Numbered from the stretch's first letter, positions 20,906-30,990 are shown. The stretch: 64,000 bases of DNA from an uncultured Chloroflexia bacterium (GCA_963700285.1 CAVOXA010000014.1:32001-96000); one strand, 5' to 3'. Translations and numbers: made by a program. The notes: generated from the sequence alone by a model not told the origin.

Positions 20906-21327
20906 TAGCGGCCCTCATCCAGAAGCAGATCATCCCCACCCACGACGTGCCACTGGCGATCGGCCAGCGGAGCTGGCATGGGCGCTGGCCAGTAACCTGC
21001 CTGCGGCCCTGGGGCCAATCCGGCTGGATTGCCCCCACCCTGGATCACGACCACCGGAGGGTAGTTGCCCTGGTCGGTCCGCCGCCGTTCCCCGCCAGAC
21101 TGATCCCGATTGCGCCGCGTGAGCGCAACCAGCAGTAGCAATGAGGTAGGAATGCTCGCGGCCACACCGCAGATCACGCCGACCACCACGGCCATCGCCT
21201 CGGTACTCATCTGCCGACCCACAACCACAGCCAGAACCGCAGCAAATACAGCGCCCACCACCAACACCACGTGCCTGGCGTTTCCGCCAAATCCGCCCAC
21301 ATTCAAGCCCTGCTGATCGTACTCCAT
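20902..21327 (-). CDS. Small membrane protein (2 TM + Pro-rich tail), last gene of the FtsK operon
   Basis: Two hydrophobic helices, [10 protein letters not shown]; stop overlaps the mscL stop. Confidence 0.75.
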   Translation of the reverse strand: MEYDQQGLNVGGFGGNARHVVLVVGAVFAAVLAVVVGRQMSTEAMAVVVGVICGVAASIPTSLLLLVALTRRNRDQSGGERRRTDQGNYPPVVVIQGGGNPAGLAPGPQAGYWPAPMPAPLADRQWHVVGGDDLLLDEGRY

Positions 21328-21330
21328 CCA

Positions 21331-21660
21331 TCACCCCCTGTCCCAGCTGTCCTGGCTCACAGCCCAACTGCCAGCCGGCTTCGCATCCAGCTCCTCCAGG
21401 GGCGCTTGAACCAGGGTTCCAGGCACTGGTATGCGCTCCTGAGAGCCAGCAGGTCCGTCAGCGACTGCCAGTCGAAAAGACAGACTCAGCGCCCGCAGCG
21501 CATCGGTGAATCCCTGTTCATAGCCATCTGTGAAGGCGAGACGCCGGACATCGTATTCCTGGTCGTCGCCAGAGGCCACAGCCAGCGCAGATCTCATCGT
21601 CTCATGGGTACTGGCCAGAATCCGAAGCACATCCTCGCGGAACCACAGATCCAATGCCAT
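21331..21660 (-). CDS. Small hypothetical protein of the FtsK operon
   Basis: GGGAG RBS; MALDLWFREDVLRIL...GYEQGFTDAL; tightly spaced between neighbours. Confidence 0.72.
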   Translation of the reverse strand: MALDLWFREDVLRILASTHETMRSALAVASGDDQEYDVRRLAFTDGYEQGFTDALRALSLSFRLAVADGPAGSQERIPVPGTLVQAPLEELDAKPAGSWAVSQDSWDRG

Positions 21661-21674
21661 ATCTTGTTCTCCCT

Positions 21675-22829
21675 CTAGTCCTGTCTTCCAGGCTTCAGGC
21701 GCAAGCGCAGGCGCCTGGTCAGAGCCACACCTCGAGCTGCAGATCCACTGCTGTCCTGCGCTACAGCCAGCAAGGGCTTCCCCCCGCTTCGAAGCCCTTT
21801 CACCATCTCCCGGACTTCACCATCGGTGATGTATGCCGCCTGTAGGCGCGTCAAGCGTCCCTTGGCCACCACCACAAAGTCCCCCTGCCCCATCAACCGC
21901 TCCGCCCCCGTGCCTGCCAGCCCCGTCGCCACCTTGGCATCCTCAGGACTGGCCACGCTGCCGACCAGTCGCACCGGAAAGTTGCTCTTTACCAGACTGC
22001 CGATGACCGACGCTGCCGGCTTTTGGGTGCAAGCCACCACGTGCAGCCCCGCCTCCCGCCCCCGCTGCGTAAGCCGGGTCACCGCGCCCTCCACCGCCCG
22101 GCCTCCCACTTGAACCAGGTCCGCCAGCTCGTCCAGTACGATCACTACCCGCGGCTCCGAGCGCCCCTCCAGATCCCGCTGCTCCATCTCTGCTACCATC
22201 CGGTTCAGCACCGCCACTACCTCATCCAGCCGCGTCACGACCGGCCCCAACAGGTGCGGCAGCCCTTCAAAGGGCATCAGCCCCCTGCCTTTAGGGTCCA
22301 CAAGTACAAATTGCAGTTGACGCTGGCTATTGTACGCCGCCAGCGAAGCAACCATCGTCCGGGCCAGCGCCGTCTTGCCCGAACCCGTGGTGCCCGCCAG
22401 CAGCACGTGGACGACATTCGGACTGGGCAGCCGCAGCAGTAGGGGCGCCCCTTCCCCATCCAGACCCAGCACGGCCGTCACAGGAGGTACCAGCCTTGCG
22501 CCAGCCGTGCCAGCCTGACGCACCGCCAACTGACGGCCCGCTAACTGGCGGCAGAGGTCCCACAGGCGGATCACCTGTCCGTCGCTGCGAGGCACCTCCA
22601 CCTGCATACGTCCATCCTGGCGGTATACCCTGCAAGACGGCACCCCCAGGCTGAGAGCCAGCTCCTCGGCCAGGCCGGCCACCTGCCTGACTTTGACCCC
22701 AAAGGGCGTGGTCAGATCATAGCGCACCATCCGCGGGGTGACCTTGCCCCCGGTCACCCGGCCCGGTACCTTGTGGCTGGCCAACACCAATTCGATGCGG
22801 TCCGCCTGGTAGTGTAGAACCTTGCTCAT
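21675..22829 (-). CDS. FtsK/SpoIIIE-family DNA translocase ATPase (alpha+beta motor only; no TM or gamma domain)
   Basis: GTTGSGKT Walker A, LVDPKG, VLDELAD Walker B, GREAGLH, TQKP, NFPVR, GAERLMGQGD; GGAGG RBS. Confidence 0.92.
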   Translation of the reverse strand: MSKVLHYQADRIELVLASHKVPGRVTGGKVTPRMVRYDLTTPFGVKVRQVAGLAEELALSLGVPSCRVYRQDGRMQVEVPRSDGQVIRLWDLCRQLAGRQLAVRQAGTAGARLVPPVTAVLGLDGEGAPLLLRLPSPNVVHVLLAGTTGSGKTALARTMVASLAAYNSQRQLQFVLVDPKGRGLMPFEGLPHLLGPVVTRLDEVVAVLNRMVAEMEQRDLEGRSEPRVVIVLDELADLVQVGGRAVEGAVTRLTQRGREAGLHVVACTQKPAASVIGSLVKSNFPVRLVGSVASPEDAKVATGLAGTGAERLMGQGDFVVVAKGRLTRLQAAYITDGEVREMVKGLRSGGKPLLAVAQDSSGSAARGVALTRRLRLRLKPGRQD

Positions 22830-22892
22830 GCCTGTACTCCTCCGCGCCGACGTCTTGCTGGCGCGCTGCCGATTCTTTGCCGGGACACGGGC

Positions 22893-23357
22893 TCAGCCGG
22901 CTGCCGCGATCCGGCTCCGGACCGGAAAGGCCACGATCTTGCCGTTGCTGGCTGCCGGACATTGCTGCGCAGCAGTTTGTGGTGCAGGTGCATCCACCAG
23001 CATGCGCAGTGCGCAGCCCAGGCAGGTCCGGGCATGCCTGACAGGCACCACCTTGGCGGCACAGGCAGCCTCCTGCAGGCGCACCTCCGGCGGATCATCG
23101 TCCCACACCTCCGTACGCCCGTTGAATCGGATGGTCAGCGGGCTCGGCGAGGTCTGCCGCAGAGAAAAACAAAGGTGTTGGCAGTTGATCGCCTTCACAG
23201 GACAGGCATGGCAGATCTCGGGGCCCACGGCGTTATCGCCCTCGACGATCTTGGTGCAGATGATGCGGCCGGCCTTGGATACTGCACGATGGTCGCACGC
23301 ACTCTGACCCAGCCTTGCCACGGGTTGCTTGCCAGCAATCGGAAAGTCACGGATCAT
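22893..23357 (-). CDS. Cysteine-rich hypothetical protein (possible Zn/Fe-S binding)
   Basis: GGAGGGAG RBS before ATG at 23357; CDH, CHACP, CQHLC, CLGC motifs. Confidence 0.7.
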   Translation of the reverse strand: MIRDFPIAGKQPVARLGQSACDHRAVSKAGRIICTKIVEGDNAVGPEICHACPVKAINCQHLCFSLRQTSPSPLTIRFNGRTEVWDDDPPEVRLQEAACAAKVVPVRHARTCLGCALRMLVDAPAPQTAAQQCPAASNGKIVAFPVRSRIAAAG

Positions 23358-23389
23358 ATGTCTCCCTCCCAGCCTGCGCCTCCAGGGGA

Positions 23390-23662
23390 TCATCTAGTCC
23401 CAGGTACTGATTCCTCTCCAGGTCTCGACGGCGCCGGCTCCAGTCCAATCGGGCGCAGGCCTCGCGGACTGCGGGCCCTACGCTCGATGAGGCCGCCACG
23501 CTCCAGCGCGTGCAGGTAGTAATGAACGTGCGATCTACTGCAAAGACCCACCGCCGCCCGGATCTCTTCGTAGGTCGGCGGAAAGCCATTGCCAGTCACA
23601 AAAGACTGGACGAAATACAAGACGTCTTCCTGCCGATTCCTCTGTCGCTTTGCCATTTCCAT
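23390..23662 (-). CDS. LexA-type winged HTH protein lacking the S24 autopeptidase domain
   Basis: RQEDVLYFV...GFPPTYEEIRAAVGLCSRSHVHYYLHALERGGLIER...PRGL matches the LexA DNA-binding domain; ends at 90 aa. Confidence 0.85.
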   Translation of the reverse strand: MEMAKRQRNRQEDVLYFVQSFVTGNGFPPTYEEIRAAVGLCSRSHVHYYLHALERGGLIERRARSPRGLRPIGLEPAPSRPGEESVPGTR

Positions 23663-23687
23663 TTGCTGACCTCCATCTCCTAAAATC

Positions 23688-23729
23688 GAACATTTGTTCT
23701 ATTTTACCAGAACCCGCACAATTCGTCAA
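23688..23729 (-). promoter_or_regulatory. sigma70 promoter with an SOS (LexA) box immediately downstream of -10
   Basis: Minus strand TTGACG (23729-23724)-17bp-TAAAAT (23706-23701); GAAC-ATTT-GTTC at 23688-23699. Confidence 0.82.
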
Positions 23730-23848
23730 GGGGTAGGAGCTGCGGGCCTGCAGTTTTAACACCCTGTTCAAGTCCCATGGTTTGCGCCCGCCTCGCGCGA
23801 GCGGGTCAGGGCTCACGCGCCGTATGCTGGCATAGCCAAAGGCAGCCC

Positions 23849-23894
23849 TTGACAGACTTCCATCTCCCTGCTAGAATCCAGAAGAATCGATTCT
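23849..23894 (+). promoter_or_regulatory. sigma70 promoter with a LacI-like palindromic operator
   Basis: TTGACA-17bp-TAGAAT, then AGAATCGATTCT (23883-23894). Confidence 0.72.
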
Positions 23895-24011
23895 CGATTG
23901 TTCGAACTGAGGAGGCGCGACCAGCACCTGAATCGCCACAGGCGGGCTACAGCCCACTGTGCGCATAGGACTGGGACGGCAGCCTGAAACACAGGGCAGG
24001 AGCACAGAACA

Positions 24012-24290
24012 ATGACAGAGGTCCGGGTCCAACTGTTTTCCATCTTGCGCGATCTGTTGCCACCTGGCGCCCAGCGGGGCAGAACCACCCTCACCCTGGC
24101 GGACGGCGCGACCCTGGCGAACCTGATCACCCATCTCGGAATAGACCAGAAGTTGGGGCTTGCAGCGGACGAGATCACCGCCAAAGCCGGGTGGCAGGTG
24201 ATGGTTTCGGACAAGTTGGAGACCAGCATGGAACGAGTTCTGCGGGATGGCGATGAGATCAAAATCCTTCCTCCCATTTCAGGAGGATAG
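24012..24290 (+). CDS. MoaD/ThiS family ubiquitin-like sulfur carrier
   Basis: VRVQLFSILRD...LRDGDEIKILPPISGG (C-terminal GG). Confidence 0.88.
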   Translation: MTEVRVQLFSILRDLLPPGAQRGRTTLTLADGATLANLITHLGIDQKLGLAADEITAKAGWQVMVSDKLETSMERVLRDGDEIKILPPISGG

Positions 24291-24369
24291 CCGCTTCATC
24301 TTGAGGATCTGAGGCAGCCGCAGGACGCCAAAGACAAGGAACCCAAAAGTCCCACTGAAAGGGATTCAT

Positions 24370-25766
24370 ATGCCATTCGAGATCACAATGCCCCAGTTGG
24401 GCTTGACCATGGAAGAGGGAGCCGTCGTCGAGTGGTTGGTCCACGAGGGCGACGATATCCAGCCCGGGCAAGAAGTGCTCCAGGTGGAATCTGACAAATC
24501 GGTGATAGCCGTCGAGGCTCGCGACAAGGGGACGATCGCCCGCATTCTGGTTCCTGCCGGGCAGACAGTACCCGTGGGCGCAGTGCTCGCTGTTGGCCTG
24601 GCCGAGGATGAGCGCCTGCCAGAGGGCTGGCAAGCTCCCTCGACCAGGATAGAGCCGAAGCAGGCGGGACCCGTGGGAACTGCTCCGGTGGTACCAGGGC
24701 CACGGCCGCCCGCAACCCTGGTTGCGGCTGAACCGGGCGCACCGCTGCAAGTTTCCTGGAAAGCGCGCACCATGGCCCGTGAGGCAGGCATCGACCTCCG
24801 CGGTCTATCCGGGACCGGTCCCGGCGGCCGCATCACCTCAGGCGATGTCGCCGGGGCCGGACAGGGATTGAGCGACATCACAATCGCAGGCAGCCAGGCC
24901 ACCCCCGTGGCCGCCAACCTGGCCGCTGCGCTGAGACTGGACCTATCGACGGTGGCAGGCAGCGGAGTCAGCGGCCAGATCACCCAAGCGGACGTGCTCG
25001 CGGCCGCGAGAGCCATCATCGGCGGGCAGCCCCCACCCACACGAGTGCCAGAACCAGGGCATCCACAGGTGGCCAGCGCCGCCCCGCTCAGGGGCGTGCG
25101 CAAGATCGTCTCCGAGGGGATGGCGACCAGCGTCCACACCACGGCCCGGGTCACGCTCTTCCGCGAGGTCGATGCGACCGGCCTCGTTCACCTGCGCCAG
25201 TCGATTTTGGCTCTCGCGGGCTGGCCGTCTCCTACAACGATCTGCTGATCCGCATCTGCGCCCTGGCCCTGCGCGACCATCCCGCAGGCCAACGCCCGCC
25301 TGGGTGACGGCCAGATCGAACAGCTGGATCGGATCAACATCGGCCTGGCCGTGGATACCGAGCGGGGCCTGCTGGTGCCCGTCGTCCACGACGCCGACCG
25401 GCTGACCATCCCCCAGATCGCCGCCGAGAGCGCCACGCGCTGGTCGAAGCCGCCCGCGCCGGGCACAGCCTGCCCGACGACCTGAGCGGCGGCACCTTCA
25501 CCATCACCAACCTGGGCATGTTCGGCGTCGAGGGCTTTACGCCGGTCATCAACCTGCCCGAGTGCTGCATCCTGGGCGTGGGCCGCATCGTGCGCAAGCC
25601 GGTCGTCATCGACGACGCCGACACCGTTGCCGTGCGGCCGATGATGACCCTCAGCCTGGTCTTTGACCACCGGGTCATCGACGGCGCACCGGCGGCCCGC
25701 TTCCTGGACCGCATCGCCCAGTTGATCGAGGATCCGCTGCTGCTGCTCGTCGAGAGCGAAGGCTAG
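24370..25766 (+). CDS. Dihydrolipoamide acyltransferase E2 (frameshifts near 25200 and 25435)
   Basis: Lipoyl domain MPQLGLTMEEG...ESDKS; two peripheral subunit-binding repeats; GTFTITNLG; DHRVIDG. Confidence 0.88.
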
Positions 25767-25832
25767 ACGATCGACAGAGGACGAGAGTGACAGAGTTCTA
25801 ACTATGCTGTAGCACCAGATATCGGAGGATCT

Positions 25833-26857
25833 ATGACTAGACGAAACCCAAACAAGCCCACCCGATGATCTGACCCGCGAACAACTGCTGGCCATGTACC
25901 GGCGCATGCGCCTGATCCGCGGCTTTGAGAACACGGCCCAGAAGCACTTTGAGGCGGGCGAGATTGCCGGCTTCCTGCACCTGTCCCAGGGCCAGGAGGC
26001 CGTGCCGGTGGGCACCTGCGCGGCGCTGCGCGAGGACGACTATATCACCAGCACCCACCGCGGCCACGGCGACGTGATGGCCAAAGGCTGCGAGGTCAAG
26101 TACATGTTCGCCGAGCTGTACGGCCGGACCACCGGCTACTGCAGGGGCAAGGGCGGCTCGATGCACATCGCCGACTTCAGCCAGGGCATCATCGGCGCCA
26201 ACGGCATCGTCAGCGGCGGCCTGCCCATCATCACCGGCGTGGGCCTGTCGATCAAGATGCGCGGCACCGACCAGGTGGCCGTCTGCTTCTTTGGCGACGG
26301 GGCCACGGCCGAGGGTGGCTTCCACGAGGCGCTGAACCTGGCCTCGCTGTGGCAGATCCCCGTCATCTTTGTCTGCCAGAACAACCTGTACGGCCTGTCG
26401 CAGCCCTGGGAACGAGACGGCCTACGACTGCGACCTGGCCCAGCGGGCGCGCTCCTACCACATGCCCGGCGAGTGCGTGGACGGCATGGATGCCATCGCC
26501 GTCTATCGCTCGGTCAAGCAGGCGGTGGACCGGGCCCGAGCGGGCGGCGGCCCCAGTTTTATCGAGGCCAAGACCTATCGCTTCCTGGGCCACTATGTCG
26601 GCGACCCGGCGCTGTACATGCCCAAGGAGGAACGCGAGGCATGGCGCGAGCGCGACGCCATCCTCAAGCTGGGCCGGCAGCTCCAGGCCTGGGGCTACCT
26701 GACCGAGGAAGAGGACGCGCAGATGGGCGCCGGCGTCGAGGCCGAGCTGCAGGCCGGCATCGAGTATGCCCGGTCCAGCCCCATCCCGGCCCCGGAGGAG
26801 GCGCTGACCGACCTCTACGTCCACTTTGACTACCTGGGCAAGCCGCTGTCTCAGTAG
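25833..26857 (+). CDS. TPP-dependent dehydrogenase E1 alpha (acetoin/pyruvate dehydrogenase type; frameshifted)
   Basis: HLSQGQEA, THRGHG, GKGGSMH, GDGA..NN TPP motif, TYRFLGH. Confidence 0.88.
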
Positions 26858-26887
26858 AGGCTGCCGGGCCAGTGGAGGGGAACAGCC

Positions 26888-27880
26888 ATGCGTGAGATCA
26901 CCTACCGAGACGCACTGAAAGAAGCCCTGCATCGAGGAGATGAAGCCGCGACGAGCGCGTCTTCCTCTTGGGCGAGGACATCGCCGATCCCTTTGGCAGC
27001 GCCTACAAGGTCACGCTGGGCCTGTCGCCGATCTTTGGCACCGACCGCGTCATCCAGACGCCCATCAGCGAGCAGGGGTTCACCGGCGCGGCGGTCGGGG
27101 CGGCCATCACCGGCATGCGGCCCGTGGTCGAGTATATGTACATCGACTTTACGACCATGGCCATGGACCAGACTCGCCAACCAGGCGGCCAAGATCCGCT
27201 ACATGTCGGGCGGGCAGGCCAAGGTGCCGGTGGTCTTTCGCACCCAGGGCGGGCCGGGACGGTCGTCGGCGGCCCAGCACGCCCAGAGCCTGGAGGCCTG
27301 GTTCCACCACCTGCCGGGCCTGCTGGTGGCCATGCCCTCCACGCCCTACGACGCCAAGGGCCTGCTCAAGACGGCCATCCGCCTGGACGACCCGGTGATG
27401 TTCATCGAGCAAAAGCTGCTCTACAACATGACCGGCCCCGTGCCCGAGGAGGAGTACACCATCCCCTTTGGCGTGGCCGACGTCAAGCGCGAGGGCACCG
27501 ACTGCACCGTCGTCGCCACCTCGATGGCCGTGGTCAAGGCGCTGCGGGCCGCCGAGCTGCTGGAGGAGGAGGGCATCAGCGTCGAAGTGATCGACCCGCG
27601 CACCCTCTTTCCGCTGGATATCGACGACCATCGTCGAATCGGTGTAGAAAGACCTCGCGGCTGGTGGTCACCCACGAGGCGCCGGAGCGGGGCGGCTTTG
27701 CCGCCGAGGTCGTCGCCCAGGTCGCCGACAAGGCATTTGGCTACATCGACGCGCCCATCCAGCGCGTCTGCGCCCCCTCGGTGCCGCCGCCCTTTGCCCG
27801 CAACATGGAGGACTTTACCATGGTCGACGAGCACAAAGATCGCGGACCGCGTGCGGCGGCTGGTCAACGGTGAGATCTAG
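26888..27880 (+). CDS. TPP-dependent dehydrogenase E1 beta (several frameshifts)
   Basis: [40 protein letters not shown]. Confidence 0.87.
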   Translation: MREITYRDALKEALHRGDEAATSASSSWARTSPIPLAAPTRSRWACRRSLAPTASSRRPSASRGSPARRSGRPSPACGPWSSICTSTLRPWPWTRLANQAAKIRYMSGGQAKVPVVFRTQGGPGRSSAAQHAQSLEAWFHHLPGLLVAMPSTPYDAKGLLKTAIRLDDPVMFIEQKLLYNMTGPVPEEEYTIPFGVADVKREGTDCTVVATSMAVVKALRAAELLEEEGISVEVIDPRTLFPLDIDDHRRIGVERPRGWWSPTRRRSGAALPPRSSPRSPTRHLATSTRPSSASAPPRCRRPLPATWRTLPWSTSTKIADRVRRLVNGEI

Positions 27881-27986
27881 GCATGGCAGGACTTGACAAT
27901 CGCCCCAGACAGTGTTTAGATCGACTGTCGCTCGCGGCAGGGGAGCGCACCTACCAGAGCCCCAAGAAGGCTTGAGGAGGAACCAT

Positions 27987-29393
27987 ATGTCTGAAACAAC
28001 ATACGACGTCGTCGTGCTTGGCGCGGGACCCGGTGGGTACGTGGCCGCCATCCGTGCGGCACAACTGGGGCTCAAGGTCGCCCTTGTCGAGAAGGAATAC
28101 CTGGGCGGGGTGTGCCTCAACTGGGGCTGCATCCCCACCAAGGCGCTGCTGCGCAACGCGGAGGTCGTCTCGCTGCTGGGCGAGGGCAAGGAGTTTGGCT
28201 TTAGCCTGTCCGGCATTGAGATCGACTTTGGCGCGGCCGTGGACCGCAGCCGCAAGGTATCCGATCGCCTGGTCAAGGGCGTCGGCACGCTGATGCGCAA
28301 GAACAAGGTCGAGGTGGTCGAGGGGACCGCCGCTGCTCAAAATCGGCCCAGGACGTCCAGGTGGCGCTGAACGCAGGGGGCACGCGCAACCTGCATACGC
28401 GCAACATCATCATCGCCACGGGCGGGCAAGCGCGAAGCATCCCCGGGGTCACACCCGATGGCGAGCGCGTGTTGACCTACCGCGAGGCCATCGTGCTCCG
28501 CGATCTGCCCGCTTCGGCCGTCATCGTCGGGGCGGGACCGATTGGGATGGAGTTTGCCCACGTCTGGCAGCACCTATGGCGCGGATGTCACCGTCGTCGA
28601 GATGCTGCCCCGGGTGCTGCCCCTGGAGGACGAGGAGGTCAGCACCGTCGTGGAGCGCGCTTTCAAGCGGCGCAAGGTCAAGCTGCTGACCGGCACCCGG
28701 GTAGAGGGCATCGAGCCCGCGGCCGGCGGCGTTGCAGGTCCGCGTGGCCAACGACGAAGGGCGAGCAGGTGCTGGAGGCCGAACGGGTGCTGATCGCCAT
28801 CGGCGTGCAGCCCAACAGCGCGAACTTGGGCCTGGAAAGCATCGGCGTGCAAGACCGAGCGGGGCAACATCGTTGTGGACGAGTCAGATGCGCACCAACG
28901 TGCCCGGCGTGTATGCCATCGGCGACGTGACCGGCAAACTGGCCCTGGCCCACGTCGCCTCCGCTCAGGGTATCGTCGCCGCGGAAACCATCGCCGGGAC
29001 CAAAACACAGACGCTGGACTACGAGGCCATGCCCCGCTGCACCTACTGCCAGCCGCAGGTGGCCAGCTTTGGCCTCACCGAGGCGCAGGCGGTCGAGCGC
29101 GGCCACGAGGTCAAGGTGGGCCGAGTTCCCCTTCCTGGCCAGCGGCAAGGCGCTGGCCCTCGGCGAGCGGGATGGCTTTGTCAAGATCGTGGCCGACTCT
29201 GTTCAGCGGCGAGATCCTGGGCGCCCACCTGGTCGGGCCCGAGGTGACCGAACTGCTGCCCGAGCTGGTGCTGGCCCGCAATTGGGAGCTGACGCCCGAG
29301 GAGATCGCGCGCAGCGTCCACGCCCACCCGACACTGAGCGAGGCGGTGATGGAGGCCGCGCACGACGTCTTTGGCAGCGCCATTCACGCTTGA
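27987..29393 (+). CDS. lpdA: Dihydrolipoyl dehydrogenase E3 (several frameshifts)
   Basis: [50 protein letters not shown]. Confidence 0.88.
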
Positions 29394-29409
29394 TGGTGAG
29401 TCAGCAATG

Positions 29410-29435
29410 GTTCGTAGTAGGCGCTTCAGCGCCGT
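29410..29435 (+). repeat. Isolated GTAG-type REP copy
   Basis: 26-bp exact match to 7782-7807 (GTTCGTAGTAGGCGCTTCAGCGCCGT). Confidence 0.85.
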
Positions 29436-29704
29436 GAAAAAGTGCGCTGAATCATGTCCAATCCGCTCATTCAAGGACCCTGAGGCTGCGGGAAACCGGC
29501 ACTGCGCTGCCCGGCACCTCAGGGTCTCTTCGCTCCCTGGCCCCGTTGCTCGTTACGGAATCGGGTTCACCACTTGCTCGCAACCGGCCCGTGACCGGTT
29601 GCACCAGCCTGAGACCATTAGAAAACATCTGGTCACGGACCAGACTTGAGCAGAAGAGAGCCAGGGTACGTCATGTGAATGGTGACCAGGATCGACCGCC
29701 CGTC

Positions 29705-30937
29705 ATGGATCCAGCACCAGTAGAAGCCACTAGGGATGATGCGTCCTTGATGCCCAACCGAAGCATCCTGGGCCTGGTCCAGGGCCGCCGCCCCCTGCTG
29801 GCCCTGTACATCGTCGTCGCCCTGTTGTTCTGGATGTGCCTCTACCTTTACGCCCCAACCCTGCCCACCTACGCCCAGACCAAGACCGGCAGTCTGGCCT
29901 CGGTGGGTATCATCCTGGCCCAATACGGCCTGTGGCAGGCCATCATCCGCCTGCCGGTGGGCATCGCCGCCGACTGGCTGGGACGGCGCAAGCCCTTTAT
30001 CATTATCGGACTGGTTCTGGCGGGTCTGGGCGCCTGGCTGATGGGTTCCGCCAGCACGGCCTGGGGCCTGGGCGTCGGTCGGGCCATCACCGGGTTGGGA
30101 GCCGCCACCTGGGTGCCCCTCATCACCGTCTTTAGCAGCCTCTTTCCCGCCCAGGACGCCGTGCAGGCCACAGCCCTGCTCAGCGCCATAGGCTCCGTGG
30201 GTCGCGTGGCCGCCACCGGTGTGACCGGCTCGCTCAACCTGCGGGGCGGTTATTCGCTGGCCTTCTACCTAGCGGCCGCCATCGCGGGCCTGGCCGCCCT
30301 GCTCGTGCTGCCGGCGCGTGAAAAGGTCCATCCACCACGGATACCCTCCGTGGAAGGCATCGGGCAAGTGATTACGCGCCGCGACGTGCTGCTACCCTCC
30401 CTGCTTGCTGCCGTCGTACAGTACGAAATCTGGGCTGTCACTTTCAGCTTTATGCCCATCCTGGCCAATAGACTGGGGGCCACGGACGTCTCGCAGAGCA
30501 TGCTGATGAGCCTGCACGTGGGACTGGTCGCCCTGGGCAGCTTCTCGGCGGCGGCCGTTGTCAGCCGCCTGGGCGCCCTGCGCCTGGTCTATATCACCTT
30601 CTTTCTCCTCGCAGCCGGGACGGCGCTGACGGCCTTGGCCCCCACGCTGGCCGTCGTCTTTGTCGCCCAGTTTCTCCTGGGCGTGGGCCGGGGGCTGGGC
30701 TATCCGGTACTGATGGGGCTGAGCATCCGCGACGTGGCCGACGAGCAGAGAACGACGGCCATGGGGCTTCACCAATCGGTCTACTCAGTGGGCATGTTCG
30801 CCGGCCCCTGGCTCAGCGGTCTCATGGCCGACGCCATGGGCATCCGTCCCATGCTGGGCCTGACGGCCACGGTCTGTCTGGCCGCTGCGCTGTTACTCAT
30901 CCGCCTGCTGCCGGCGAACCAGGCCAATCACAGATAG
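29705..30937 (+). CDS. MFS transporter
   Basis: GIAADWLGRRK motif A; about 12 TM segments; start codon uncertain. Confidence 0.87.
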   Translation: MDPAPVEATRDDASLMPNRSILGLVQGRRPLLALYIVVALLFWMCLYLYAPTLPTYAQTKTGSLASVGIILAQYGLWQAIIRLPVGIAADWLGRRKPFIIIGLVLAGLGAWLMGSASTAWGLGVGRAITGLGAATWVPLITVFSSLFPAQDAVQATALLSAIGSVGRVAATGVTGSLNLRGGYSLAFYLAAAIAGLAALLVLPAREKVHPPRIPSVEGIGQVITRRDVLLPSLLAAVVQYEIWAVTFSFMPILANRLGATDVSQSMLMSLHVGLVALGSFSAAAVVSRLGALRLVYITFFLLAAGTALTALAPTLAVVFVAQFLLGVGRGLGYPVLMGLSIRDVADEQRTTAMGLHQSVYSVGMFAGPWLSGLMADAMGIRPMLGLTATVCLAAALLLIRLLPANQANHR

Positions 30938-30990
30938 TCGTAAATGGACGGCAGGCTCTCTACGCGCTTCGGGCGCCGCCCAGCAGGGAT

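Noticed and set aside
20902-23729. Intact prophage or ICE
   Set aside because: No integrase, terminase, capsid, relaxase or replication gene, and no flanking direct repeats seen
23760-23790. tRNA T-loop or att site (GTTCAAGTCCC) beside the FtsK operon
   Set aside because: No complementary T-stem, cloverleaf or CCA end, and no duplicate copy seen at the other side of the operon
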